In this document: positions 1 to 11,737 of the stretch, piece by piece
How positions within the stretch are numbered: the stretch's first letter is position 1
Layout of the letters: each line of letters opens with the position of its first letter
Assembly: GCA_043228905.1 (NCBI GenBank)
Contig: JBHGNT010000001.1
Location: forward strand, 372,001 to 436,000
Length of the DNA: 64,000 nucleotides
From: Azolla caroliniana
Lineage: Eukaryota; Plantae; Polypodiophyta
Reading direction: 5' to 3'
Notes under the pieces: model-generated
Seen by the model: only the letters and a program-made list of their open reading frames with translations
Databases searched by the model: none
Told to the model about the DNA's origin: nothing
Position numbers and translations under genes: made by a program

Positions 1-636
1 GTTCCACTGTCTTCCCCGTTCCGATTCGGTAAGCAGCGCCTTCGAGTCGGAGACCGGTTCTTTATCTCTCCGACGCGCTTCTTCGTTCAAAATACTTGTC
101 TTTACCGTTTGTAGAGACAAGTTATCTTCGGTGCAGGAGGTGCTGAGAGTCACCACCAAGTTCTCCCAGCTGTCCGGCAATGTACACATCAGGATGATGG
201 CTTGCATTGCATCCTCCAACGGGAACTTGATCGCCGCAAGCTGGTTCACGAATCCCATGAACGTGCTTACGTGTTCCACCATACTCTCGCCGTCCCGGTA
301 CTTGAGGTTCACTATCTTCCTCATCAGGGAGGTCCGGTTCAACGCATTCTTCCTCTCATAGAGGCCCGACAGCTTCCGCCACATCTCATATGCGTTGGTG
401 TCGTTCGCCACATGCTGTAGAACGCTTACATCGACATATTGTCGGATCGTCGCTACGGCTTTCTGGTTCAGGAGCTTCCACTCCGACTCAAGTACCCCCT
501 TCGGTATTTCCGACCTGTCAATCGGTTCGTACAGGTCCCGAACAATCAGAAGATCCTCCATCTTGATCTTCCAGTCGGCGTAATTCTGCGCATTCAGCAC
601 CATCATGCCCGGAGGCCCACTACCGGCGCCTTCCAT
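1..636 (-). CDS. Copia gag-pol polyprotein, N-terminal gag portion (partial at window edge)
   Basis: ATG at 636 just after the PBS; reads MEGAGSGPPGMMVLNAQNYADWKIKMEDLL..., homologous to the intact ORF at 51471. Confidence 0.88.
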   Translation of the reverse strand, partial: MEGAGSGPPGMMVLNAQNYADWKIKMEDLLIVRDLYEPIDRSEIPKGVLESEWKLLNQKAVATIRQYVDVSVLQHVANDTNAYEMWRKLSGLYERKNALNRTSLMRKIVNLKYRDGESMVEHVSTFMGFVNQLAAIKFPLEDAMQAIILMCTLPDSWENLVVTLSTSCTEDNLSLQTVKTSILNEEARRRDKEPVSDSKALLTESERGRQWN

Positions 637-1145
637 TTTCTGTGTTACCGTCGCTCTGATACCACTTTGTCGAAATTCCGTGCTCGGCCACAACCGAGGA
701 ACTGGATCGATTCACAGAAAACGGGAAATACAACAATGCACGAAAACAATAGAGAGAAGGGTACACTGGATGTTTTACGTGAAAACCCTAAATGGGAAAA
801 ACCACGGGAGTGCAAGACTCCAACTATCACTATACGCGGGAATGTACAATGGCGAGCTGCAAGGCGACGACCTTGAGCTCACTGTCCTCGCCACAGGCGG
901 CGGTATTACACAGAGGCGTCGACCTCTTCCTTCCTCTTTCTCTCTCACTCTCTCTCGGCTGCTCTCACTTCGCTCCCTCTTAGTGGAAAACAGAAAAAAA
1001 TGAGCAACAACATAAACTGTTTGCCCTAAGTCATATTTATACACATATGACTTTCGGGCTATTTACAAATATAGCCTCATGGGCTCTTGGCAAACATATT
1101 CACAAATATGTCCCCGCATCCGGATCTCCCTCCGGGTACATTCGT

Positions 1146-1275
1146 CATCCGGCTCCGTAACCGGGGTCTTCAGCATCCGGCTCCGTAGCCGGGGTATTCA
1201 TCATCCGGCTCCATAGCCGGGGTCTTCATCATCCGGCACCGTAGCCGGGGTCTTCATCATCCGGCACCGTAACCG
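1146..1275. repeat. Five ~28-bp tandem repeats in Copia LTR U3 (CATCCGGCTCCGTAGCCGGGGTCTTCAT)
   Basis: Unit starts at 1146, 1174, 1202, 1230 and 1258. Confidence 0.9.
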
Positions 1276-1336
1276 CAACCGGGCTTGCCGTCATTCATCT
1301 CCGGACATCCCATCCGGAGGGACCGAAATCCCAACA

Positions 1337-1567
1337 GTGAGCACGAGGTCGTTGCCTCTGTGAACTCACTGTTGTACATACTAACATAGTGATAGTTTGC
1401 AGTGTGTGAGCTGCCGTGGTTTTTTCCCTAGTTTGGGGTTTTCCACGTAAACCTCCTGTGTACTCTTCTCTTCTTTGTGTCGTGCTTTCATTTCCCGTTT
1501 TCTGTGCATGAATCTAAGCTCGGTTGTGGCCGAGCGTTGCATATAGGGGAGCGTTTAGTTCCTGACA
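1337..1567 (+). mobile_element. 3' part of a Copia-type LTR (family of solo LTR 24746-25553), itself the target of the 1-1336 insertion
   Basis: Colinear with the reverse complement of 24746-24980 (CTCGGTTGTGGCCGAGCGTTG...GAGCGTT.AGTTCC...CA); ends CA at 1567. Confidence 0.8.
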
Positions 1568-2065
1568 CGAACTATGAGCCTCACGGAGCTCCTTTAATTC
1601 TGCATGCATCCGGACAGCTACGACCCGACAGAAGAACTCCAGCCTCAATGCCTCGTCTACGCCACGCTCCTCCATATCCGCGTTGTAGGCTCCCAAGTAA
1701 GATGGGACTTCGTCCCCATTGAAACGGCCGACTCTTTCGACCACTCGCTCAACCGCTTGTTGCGCTGCTTCTCGCCTCATCACCACTCGTGCCGACTCCA
1801 ACACCACTTCAGCCACCATCACCGCGAGGTCGTCTTCTTCCAACTCCATCCTCCCTTGCCGCCTTTCACGTCGGGTTCACCAAAAGATGTCGCGTTGTTA
1901 CGCGCGTGCGTGTAGAAGGGCGGGACCACGGGGGTCTCGGACGAGGGAAGAAGGGAAGCCGAGAAGATGATTCCGGACGCGTTCCGGAAGCAACCAAACG
2001 AGAGAGGGAGAGAAAGAGAGAGAGAAAGAGAGAGAGAAAGAGAGGGAGCGCGCCCTTGACGCCGA

Positions 2066-2096
<31 letters not shown>

Positions 2097-2700
2097 CGCG
2101 CCGACCCAACTCACGCCGTTATGTACGGGCAACGCAGGGAAGGGAACACCAAAACACCCACACAAACAGAGACACGAGTATGCACAGACGGATACTTGTA
2201 TGTATATTACAAAGGGGGGGAGAATACATTCCCGGCCTAGAGCCGGGCCACGGTAGGGTAGGTTACAACAACAGTTTGCTGCCAAGCGGCCTTCCGGGGA
2301 GCTCTCGGGCTCGTCACGCAGAGCGGGGTCTTGCACAGGAGACCGAGCAGAAACAACCCTCAACGGTCGACCTCCCTGCGAAGAAGAAGAAGAAGAAGAA
2401 GAAGAAGAAGAAGAAGAAAACTAACTCTAAACCTAACGGTATACCCTCTAACACAAAAATGGGCAACCCTTTCACAAAGGGCGCTCCCTTCCTTTTATAG
2501 AACAAGGAGAGGGATGCGTTACAATGTGGGATAAATCCCGACTTACATGGGATCGTCTGTCCCGACTTGACTACTCTTCGGCGCCATAAAGGTGCCCTCG
2601 TTATTCACACTAAATGTACAAGGGTGAGCACACATGCTGCACCCCGCCAATGTAGCCAATGTTTCCCGGTTTCCGCCTCTGGCCGAAACTCTTCACGACA
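1568..2700 (-). mobile_element. 5' end of a putative Ty3/Gypsy element: LTR 1888-2700, tRNA-Trp PBS, gag N-terminus (1568-1849, interrupted)
   Basis: LTR termini TGTCGTGAAG...AACGCGACA, PBS after a 5-nt spacer, then a gag-like ORF (VGRFNGDEVPSYL..YN..M). The LTR contains GA, CA and AAG microsatellites. Confidence 0.8.
1865..1882 (-). promoter_or_regulatory. Primer-binding site complementary to the 3' end of plant cytosolic tRNA-Trp
   Basis: Plus strand TTCACGTCGGGTTCACCA equals the 3' 18 nt of plant tRNA-Trp including CCA (recalled consensus). It lies 5 nt from the LTR end. Confidence 0.8.
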
Positions 2701-4842
2701 CCGTTCCCATCTGCGATTTGATCTCCGCAACTTGCTGTTCCTCCTTCAATTGCTTGATGATTATGACGTTGTCGTCCGCCTGCTCCTTGTAATGCGTCAA
2801 TTGCCCTTGATATGTGCTTTGTAATTTTTGCAATACCGTTGTCGCTCTCTCCCTTTCTTCCTGTTGCTGCCTCTGGAGCTCCATCCGGACCTTCTCCGCC
2901 TCGTCCAACCGTCTTGTATTTTCTGCTCGTTCGTCGGCAAGCGCCGTCGTGGCCTGATCAACTTCCTGCCGGAGCTCGGCCATCCATTCCTTATGCTCTG
3001 TTTCCAGCCGTTTGTAGTCCGGGTGCAGGTGCTCAAAATCATCTGTCTTTTGCTTGAGTCGTACGTTGATCTGTCGACGGGCCCGGTCCTCGCGGTCCTT
3101 CTGCTGGCGGAGCTCCTCCTTTAACCGTTCAATTTCCGTTTCCGCCATCTTCCGCAGCTTGTCCTTTTCCTGCAGCACTTTGTCTTTTTCCTCCCTTAGC
3201 TGGTCGTAAGCTTGATGGCCTTTCCGAAGGCTCTCCTCTGCCCGGCGGAGGTTCTCAGCAATCTTCTTTAATTTTGCTTCGGCTGCTGTCTTCAATTCCC
3301 GTTCACGGCTCCTTAGCGCTTCTTGTGCGGCAAGTTCATCTCTCAATTCCGCAAGCTCCTGGGCTTGTGCCGCATCTCTCTTTGGAACGGTTTCCGTTGC
3401 TGGGGTCTTATTAGTATGTACAAGTTGGTTTGTTTCTTTATCCTGTACACTTATCAGAGTCACTGGTGCTTGGATCTGTGTTGCCATTAAGGCCATTTTG
3501 GCCATTTCTGCCGTGACCTGATCCAAGTCTTTTTCAAGGCACTGGAATCTGGACCGGGCCGTCTCTAGTTGTTCGGTTGTGACGAGCAACCGTTCACTTT
3601 GCACTCTTTCTTCCGCCTCAATATACCCCACTGCTCCGCCACAGGCTACCGGTGCATTGTTGTTGCGCTTGCACGGAGGTTTGACGAATGGGCTCGCTTG
3701 TGGGTGGGTGGTCCTGCCTGATTGCGCCGAGTTGCAATTCCGTTTCTGTCCGTGGACCACCCTGCTGTCCTGGTTCCCCTTGTGCTTCTTCTTGGTTGGC
3801 TGAGGGAGGCTGAATTGACCTTTCCGGTTCTGGCGGAACGGGACTTGCCAGTGGTGTAGGGGCTTCTGATTCCGGTGCCATGCGCACTGGTTCCGGTTCC
3901 TCCCTTGGCGTGGGAATCTTAGTATGGGGAACCAGTGTTCCCTCCATCTGAGGGTGCGAACGTTTCCCGACAGCCTCAACGGTCCTTGCCGACGACCGTT
4001 GCTGGAGGTGCTCCGTGGGCTCCTCCTCTATTTCCTTTTCCTGAGTCCCGTCATTGATTTTCGCCGCCACGGGGTCCGCTTCTCTATTCACCGGTCGGCG
4101 GAGTGTAATCTTTACGGGCCGTACTGGTGGTTCCTCCTGCGCATCCGTTGGCCGCTTCCGGCTGGCGCTCTCCTTTCCCGCCTGTTCTGCATCCACCGCC
4201 TTCCCCTTAGTGGCCTTAGAGGCCAACAACTGTTGTCTTTTGGAAGCAGTCTTTGGGGTGCTGTCCGCCACTCTTCCCCGCTTCTTGGGCTGGACAGGCT
4301 AGACGGGTGGCACAAGCAAGGTGAGCCACTGCGTTACTGCGTGCCATATCCTCCGTCCGTCTCGGCCTTCTTTGCCGTCTTTTCCTCTGACGATCTTTGA
4401 TCGCCGCACACAAACCGTCTGCGATCAATACCAGCCAATCCACCTTGATCCCTTCATAGGTGGCAATGATCATCCCTGCCCGGTTCTGCGGCATGACAGG
4501 GGGTCTAGGGTACACATGGTTGTATTCATGGAGCACACGGGCAATCTCGCGGAACAACATATCTCCGCTGCCCTGTGTCTGGTAGCCCTTGCTGGCTAGG
4601 GAGTACTCACCAAAATACTTGATGAGTTGCTCCGAGGTCGGATTGTCGATTGTGAATATGCCTCCCTCCGGAAGGCCTGTTAACGCACGGATCACCTCCG
4701 CCGTTATGACCTCTATGTCGATTTCTTTGATCACCTTGTCGGCTTCTTTGTGTGGCGGTGCCTCCTTAATCGTCAAGAAGCCCTCGAGCCCGTGTTGCTT
4801 TAGCCATTTCTTGGCGGCTTCCGACAGCGTTTGCGGGTCCAT
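2701..4842 (-). pseudogene. Extra sense-strand ORF downstream of Gypsy integrase (PMD/plant-transposon-like N domain, disordered middle, long coiled coil); frameshifted and 3'-truncated
   Basis: ORF pieces 4216..5064 (from MDPQTLS at 4842), 3618..4271 and 2693..3979 join through two frameshifts; E/K/R/Q/L-rich heptad tail. Confidence 0.7.
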
Positions 4843-5113
4843 GTCTGTGTCGAGGTCGGATTGTGGTGGCGAGGTTGGATGGTGATGAGAGTGAGAGTGA
4901 GAGAGAGAGAGGTCAGAAAGCGGGGGTTCTCTGTGCGTAGGTTCTCGTCTGGTGATCTTCCAACGCCTTGGTGCTTCTGTGCTCCTGGGTTCGCGAAAGT
5001 AGAAGGTCTCCATGCGTCGTGGTTTTTCTCTGTGCATTCTGGCGCCTTTTTCGAGCGTGTGCACGTCGTGTCCTAAAATAGCATTATGTCCTGTGGCGGC
5101 ACTTAAATGCCCA

Positions 5114-6580
5114 CTACGTACCTTTTCGCTCCTCGCTCTCTCGTCCGTTCATACCTCGCTTTTTTTTTTTTTTTTTTTTAAATGTAGTGTGAGGATACTT
5201 GTCCGTTGGTCCTATCGGACCCTTACCGGCCTCATTACGGTTTTCCGTCGCCTCATTCTCCCCAATTACCGGCTTGCCGTCTCCTCCGTCTTGGTGGTTG
5301 TCGTTTCCCTCACAGGTTGCCGTTTCCGCACCGGTTCCCGATCCGGTGTCGGTCCTTTGCTCAAATGGGTTCTTGGGCATCGGTCCTCTATATGGCTTTA
5401 ATCTGAATCCATTGACCCATTTGCCTAGCACTTCGCTAGCAAGTGTCCCTAACTGGTAGGACCCATTATACTCACGTGTCAGCCAATACGGGCCGGTCCA
5501 TATAAACCGTAGTTTACCCGGCATCTTGCCCATCCGGGTCTGAAATACTAACATCGGCTTGCCAATTTCGAACATTTTTTCATTTCCTTTCCTGTGCCGG
5601 TCGACAAATGCTTTCCGTCGCCATTGTTCCAATTCTAAGTGCAGGATGCTTGCCGGTCGTTGTTCCTCGAGTTCATACAACGTTGTTAACCGTATTGCCT
5701 CCGACTCCTTCTCGTTCAGCCGTTCCCGTAGCTGGATCCGTAAGCTTGGTACTTGGAATTCCACCGGCATGACCGCTAACCGGAACGCTAACCGGAACGG
5801 TGTTATTCGGATGCTCGTTTTGTATGTTGTTCGGTATGCCCAAAGCGCGCTATGTAGCTTGGTATTCCCCCCTTGGTCGCTTATTAATTCGATTGGGCAT
5901 CCGTAACGGCACCAGATGTATTCGTATAGAAATTTTGCCATTGACGCAGCGGTGTTGTCTCTTAAGGCTTTGGCCTCCACCCATTTCGTGCAGTAATCCG
6001 TCGCGACGATGACGTACCGATTACCTGTTCTCATTGCCGGTGGTTTGAACGGTCCAACAAAGTCCAGCCCCCACTTCTGGAATGGTTCGAGTGGTAGTAC
6101 AGGCTGGTGTTGCATCCGAGCTTGCTCTGTTGGCTGGCCCATTCGTTGGCATAGGTCACATTCTTTTGCGTACCATACAACATCTCTTAATGTAGTTGGC
6201 CACCATAGGCCACTTTGCCTTATTTTCCTGGCCGTCGCATCTCCGGCATAGTGACCTCCGGCAACACCGCAGTGGTCGTCCCTCAGTATGAGGTCCTTTT
6301 CATCGCTGCGCACAGCCCGTCTCCATATGCCTTTTGTGCCCTTGTGGTAAAGTGTGTCTCGCAATAAGCAAAAATGTCGGCTTTGCACCGCCAGGCGTTT
6401 CCTTTCGTCCCGGTTCATCTCCTCCGGAGGCAATCTTGTGCTCAGAAACTGGTGCATATTTGTGAGCCACTTGTCTTCCTGTGCCACCGTTTCATCTGCT
6501 GTCGTTTCCGTAGTGACTCGAAACAACTCCGCATCTGGAAACTCGTCCGCTACTCTGTCGCCCGTCTCTCTGGACTCTAA
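5114..6580 (-). pseudogene. Gypsy integrase with an internal deletion in the catalytic core
   Basis: HCGVAGGH...CDLCQR and WGLDFVGP are present; ISDQGG is fused directly to KLHSALWAYRT, so the segment carrying the DDE glutamate is missing. C-terminal WTGPY. Confidence 0.85.
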
Positions 6581-8067
6581 TGGCTTAAATAATCCGCTAC
6601 AGCATGCTGTATACCGGGTCGGTGGAATATTTCGAACTCGAATTCCTGTAACAGTAAGGTCCACCGGGCCAACTTACGGGTGAGTGACGCCTTGGACACC
6701 AGGTAGAGGAGTGCCGAATGATCTACATGGAAGGAAAGCTTCCTTCCCAATAAATAATGCCGAAACTTTGTCACACTGTAGATCATCCCTAGAGCTTCCC
6801 GCTCCGTGGTAGAGTAGTTCCATTCCGCTTGGGATAGCTTTCGGCTGGCATAGTACACTGGCCAGTACCACTTTGGCTTCGTAAGCTGCATCAGTGCGCT
6901 TCCAATTGCGATGTCGGAGGCATCCACGAACACATGAAATTCTTTACTCCAATCCGGAGGCTGCACTACCGATGCTTTCGACAATAGTACCTTGAGGGCC
7001 GTATACGCCCTATCCTCGGTGTCCGTCCACTGGAATGGTGTTTGATGTACCGCGGCATGCAACGGTGTAGCCAGGTTGGCCAAGTATCGGAGCATCCAGC
7101 TATGCCACCGGATCTGGCCTAAGAACCGGCTCAATGCCTTTGCCGTTGCCGGCACCGGTGCTTCTAATATGGCTTTCACTTTGTCCGGGTCGACTGCAAT
7201 GCCTTCTTTGCTCACAATATGTCCTAGTAGGGTTCCACTGGACAAGCCAAATACACACTTCGCCGGATTCAAGCTTAGCCGGTACGCTCTACACTTTTCT
7301 AGACAAAGACGGAGGTGCTGAAAATGGTCCTCTTCCCGGCTATAGACGGTGAAATCGTCAAGGAAAACCTGGATAAAAGTCGGGATATATTCACCAAATA
7401 TTTCCATGATGATTCGTTGGAATGTTGTCGGTGCCGTTTTGAGTCCGAACATCATCACCACGGCCACAAACACCCCCCATTCGGTGACGAAAGCCGTTTT
7501 CTCTTGGTCGTCGGGGTGCATCCGTATCTGATTATACCCGCTGAATCCGTCTAGAAAGCTATAGACCTCATGGCCGGCGACAGCATCCAACACTCCATCT
7601 GTGAACGGAAGTGGAAACGCATCCGTTACCGTAGCCGCATTGAGTTTCCGGTAGTCCACACAAACTCGAATTTTTCCGTTCTTCTTCGGTACGACTACGA
7701 TCGGGCTCAGCCATGTCTCTTTGTTTACCGGACGGATAAAGCCAACTCTTAGCAGTTTGTCGATTTCCTCCTTGATTTTGGCGGCATAATTGGGATTCAT
7801 CTAGTACCGTCTTTGTGCCACTGGTTTTGCGTCCTTGCTCAAGTGAATCTGATGCTGGTATAACTGAGGGTCGAGCCCTCGCATGTCTTCGTATGACCAG
7901 GCAAACACGTCGCGAAATTCCGTGAGAAGTGTGATCATCGCCGTTTTGTCTTCGAACTTCATCTCCTTGGCGATGTGCACCGGTTTTGCTTCGTCTATGG
8001 TCCCTAGGTTCACCTCTTCAAGTTGCGACGCTTTTACGCGCTGTGAAACGGCCATTTCCCGTTCCAA
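6577..8067 (-). pseudogene. Gypsy reverse transcriptase-RNase H (in-frame stop at ~7801, frameshift to integrase)
   Basis: ORFs 7801..8067 and 6577..7800 with canonical RT/RH motifs. Confidence 0.9.
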
Positions 8068-8136
8068 CGCTTCCTGCCCTTGTCGTAACTCTCAGATTGC
8101 GTCCTTATCCGGTTCTGCTTCAGTCTCTTCCGGTAG

Positions 8137-9379
8137 TAATTACTGTGTCGGGGAGTTCTTTCCCTTTTACAATGGCAGTAATTACCGGACTATTGGTGTC
8201 CACCACCGTTGGTCCCTCCTCTGGATTCGAGAAGAGTACCGGTGCCTGTGATGATTCTCCTACCGTCATGGCTGTCTTCAGTCCTTCCGTGAATCTCGGC
8301 ACGAGTTGTAGGAGTCTTCCTAGTGGCAGCGTAATCTAGCATTCTTGCAACGCCTGCCATGTCTCGTTCTCGGAGTGATTGCCGCCAGCAAGCCCTACGA
8401 TGTTCTCTTTTTGCCGCTCTAAGTCTGTTACGTTTTGCTCGTTTGCTCGTTTGCTTCACCCATTCCGTCGCTTGCTTCCGGATGGTCTCCTGTGTTTATC
8501 ATTCCTTGGCCATGCCCTTCGACCTTGTGGTCACCTGCTATAGATCTGCCACTTCAGGGACTACCATATTTATTGCCGGTCGTTTGTCATAGCTCTTCGT
8601 CGGGCATTGATTACTATAATGGCCTTCCTGTCGACAGTAGTAGCAGTAGGATTTCCGGGTATTGTTGGATTCGGCATTGTTTGTTGTACCCGGGGCAGGT
8701 CCTGTGGTAAACGCGGGGTTTTGGGCCGGTTGGCTGCTTGAAGCTCCTTGTTCCGGATCCTGTGGGTGACCGCCTTTTTTGAAATGCCGTTTTTTGTTAT
8801 AGTTCTTCTTATTGCGGTACTCTTGACGAGGTTGGTCGTTATATCTGCCGTATTCCTCCCGGTGCTGACGATACCCGGGGGAGTGCTCCCGGTCGTAATG
8901 TTCATATCGTCTATTGTAATCCCGGTACCGATCATATCTATCGTCCCGGTCGTAGTTATCCCGCTAATCACCGTACCGGACATCATTCTCCCGTCGATCG
9001 CCATACCGGACATCCTGTGCCGGTCGGTCGCGGTCCATTCGCCGCAAGTGTTCCTCTTCTTCATCCCGGCTGCTGCGTGGCTCTATTTGTCGGACGGGCG
9101 GTGCTTGCCGGTTCAATAGATTATACTCGCACCTATCCGTCGTATGACCCTTGGATTGACAGATTACACATTGCGTCCTCATAGTGCATTCTAGTGCCGA
9201 GTGTCCAGAATTCAAGTAGGTTGTGCATTGTATTGCTTGCCGAAACTGGAGGTCTTCATCGGACGGTAACGCCCGTTGGAGTGCTCCCAGTGTGAGCCAG
9301 GAGCTTGTCTTTTCCATCTCTCTCACCCGGTCAATGACCTGGTCGATGGTACTTTCGCGGAAGTCAATTACGAAAACCG
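8137..9379 (-). pseudogene. Gypsy gag C-terminal region with multiple CCHC zinc knuckles and R/D-rich repeats; protease deleted
   Basis: CVICQSKGHTTDRC and CYYCRQEGHYSNQC-type knuckles; RDDRY/RYGD repeats at 8850-9020. Confidence 0.75.
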
Positions 9380-9779
9380 TGCGTAGGCAAGAGGATTAGG
9401 CTCAACGATTAATCCGACTTAATTAGGTTACTTAGCAAGATCGTCCTTAATAATCACACGCGTAAGATATAACAATGAATGCAGAACGGCAATTAACACA
9501 GAGAGATAAAAACACTAAGCTTCATTAATTATCCGCTGCCCATTACATTGTATCCAGGCCTTTAAATAGGTTTCCGGTTTGTAGTACAAAACGGTGCCAT
9601 CCGCACCTGTTCGGGATCGGTCCGGATCCGAAACAACATACCGATTCCGGTCCGTCCGTCCACACTAATAGCTCACTTATAACCATTCCTTAATAATTAA
9701 ATAACTCCTTCGTTTCACACTTTGGACTCCTTTGCCGGCCGGTAACATTTTTTACGTCGGAAGGTTGTTGTCTTAGACA
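9380..9779 (-). mobile_element. Probable LTR (~400 bp) abutting the truncated Gypsy gag
   Basis: Minus strand begins TGTCTAAGAC, has a CCTATTTAAA TATA-like box and is CCGG-rich; no convincing TSD or PBS. Confidence 0.45.
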
Positions 9780-11737
9780 TTGGTGGTGCAGGCTAGGCTT
9801 TCATCACGACGATCGTGTTAATCTCTTCTAAGGTATTAGTCATCCTAATAACCGGCGGTATGGGATGATGGTGGTAGGTTGGCTATGTCTTGATTATAAC
9901 TCAAGGGATGGTCATGTGGAACGGGTTCTTCTATCCAATATATTTACATTATTTTACTTTATTGATTAGTATAGACTCTTAACATTGCCATTACCATATG
10001 ATACTTGCCAACCCAATTGAATGATTGGTTATTGACCACTTATTGTGCATACTTATAGAGAATGGCTTGTTAAAGAGATATACATGACAATGCAAATTTA
10101 GCAATGAACACAAATCTTAAGCAAAAAAAAATTCCTAAAAAATTGAGCAAAATATTTTGAAGATGAAATAATCTTTCTACCACAACAAAGAAATATAAAG
10201 TCCAATCACTCTCATACCACCTATGATTGAGTTTCTCCTCAAATGACAAAGGTATATATATAATGCATTACCATGCAGGAATTACATGAAAATTGAGCAT
10301 AGAATAACAATGTCTTCATTGGTCACACATCCATAAATAATGTCATGGCCCTTTCAACGAGATTAATTAGACATCCTTAACACAAGTTGCCATTGTTTTC
10401 TATAAGGTTGACATATTTGGACTATTTTTTTCCCAAGGAAGGTATGCCATTAGTATTAAGAAAACGCCCTAAGGCTATACATGAAATATGTACACAAATG
10501 TCATGATGGCCATGTTAAGCTTTTCGGTGTAGAGTAGAACAACTCCACATTATTAGAAATCCACCTATAAAATATATTCATTTGTCCATATGGTATGAAA
10601 CTCTAATCGTTGTAACTACTAACTCTACCCATAGTGTATTACCTTTTATGTTATCATAAGAACCTCTGAGGTTATGCACAGTCTTTATCCAAATCCCAAA
10701 ATTTATCTGGGTAGATATTTTTTGTCACGTTGTAACTTGTTTTCTATGGTGTTGAAACATTTACACTATTATTCCACATAGATAAATAAAAGACATAGTA
10801 TTGTTATCATGCAATGTTTAGCATGCACATTGCTCCATATGACAAAATTAGTGAACTATAATTTATTTCCATTTCATAAAATGTTGTTGCTATAAATGTT
10901 TGTCGTTTGGTGTTGAATGGGGGAGGGGTGTTTCCATGGAATGGTGATAAGGTAACTGAGAGGCTATAGCTAAGAAACAAAATGTTGGTGGGTGCTTTAA
11001 GGCAATAAGTTTTACTAGTGAATCATGAGAATATTTGTGCATTCTCAATTTAAAGCAAATATAAAATAACTTAGTTAAAAATAGTCATTTTACATAGATA
11101 TTATGAGAAAATATCTTATTCATAGTGGTACCATACCACATTCGATGATACATATATAGTCAACCACAACATATTTGATCTTGTTGAATTTCCATATGAT
11201 ATGGACGATATGTTTGTCTTTTTATTATCTAATAGTTACGAGATTCTGGATTGGAAGATAATACAAACATATATAATTATTTCCCTCTCAAACTAGATCT
11301 ACAACAAAAAGTTATATCACATTGTTACATTTAAATACAACATATGATAGTAATTAATATTTGAAGAAATTCTCAAAGCAAATAAACATATTCGCTTCAT
11401 ATATTTATGGTGATCACGAATAGCCATGTACACTACTTGAACATTAAAATTGATACAATGGACTCATTTAGAAAAGGGTTAAAAGAATGCCTGACACATT
11501 GCAATGTTCAATATAAGTTTATGTCCCACTTAATTGAGAACACTTAAGTATAGCACACAATAGTAATTAATACTTAGAAAAAATTCTCATTTGGAGTGAA
11601 TAAACGTGTTAGCCTCGTATATGGTGATACCCATGTACAATGCTTGACCATTGAAATTGATACAATGGACTCCTTTTGAATATGGTTAAAAGAATATCTT
11701 AACATGAGGATGTTCAACATAAGTTTACGCTCCACTT

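Larger units (their letters stand above)
1..1336 (-). mobile_element. Ty1/Copia LTR retrotransposon, 5' part (5' LTR 668-1336, PBS 653-664, gag start), runs off the window; same family as 50822-56177
   Basis: On the minus strand TGTTGGG starts at 1336 and the LTR ends CA at 668. A 3-nt spacer is followed by TGGTATCAGAGC (tRNA-iMet PBS). The gag is nearly identical to 51471-52100; antisense ORFs 131..361 and 395..583 match 51746..52165 and 51524..51712. Confidence 0.93.
2701..9379 (-). mobile_element. Degenerate Ty3/Gypsy non-chromovirus retrotransposon: gag (CCHC knuckles)-[PR deleted]-RT-RNaseH-INT-extra 3' ORF
   Basis: Domain order RT-RH-INT. RT motifs SPIVVVPKK/VCVDYRKLN/FLDGFSGYNQI/FLDD; RH VDASD..G/TEREALG; INT HH-CC, WGLDFVGP and a GPY motif; no chromodomain. 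Confidence 0.92.

Noticed and set aside
9800-11737. Host gene or pseudogene
   Set aside because: AT-rich with no ORF or splice pattern; only a degenerate ~200-bp duplication (11352-11737).
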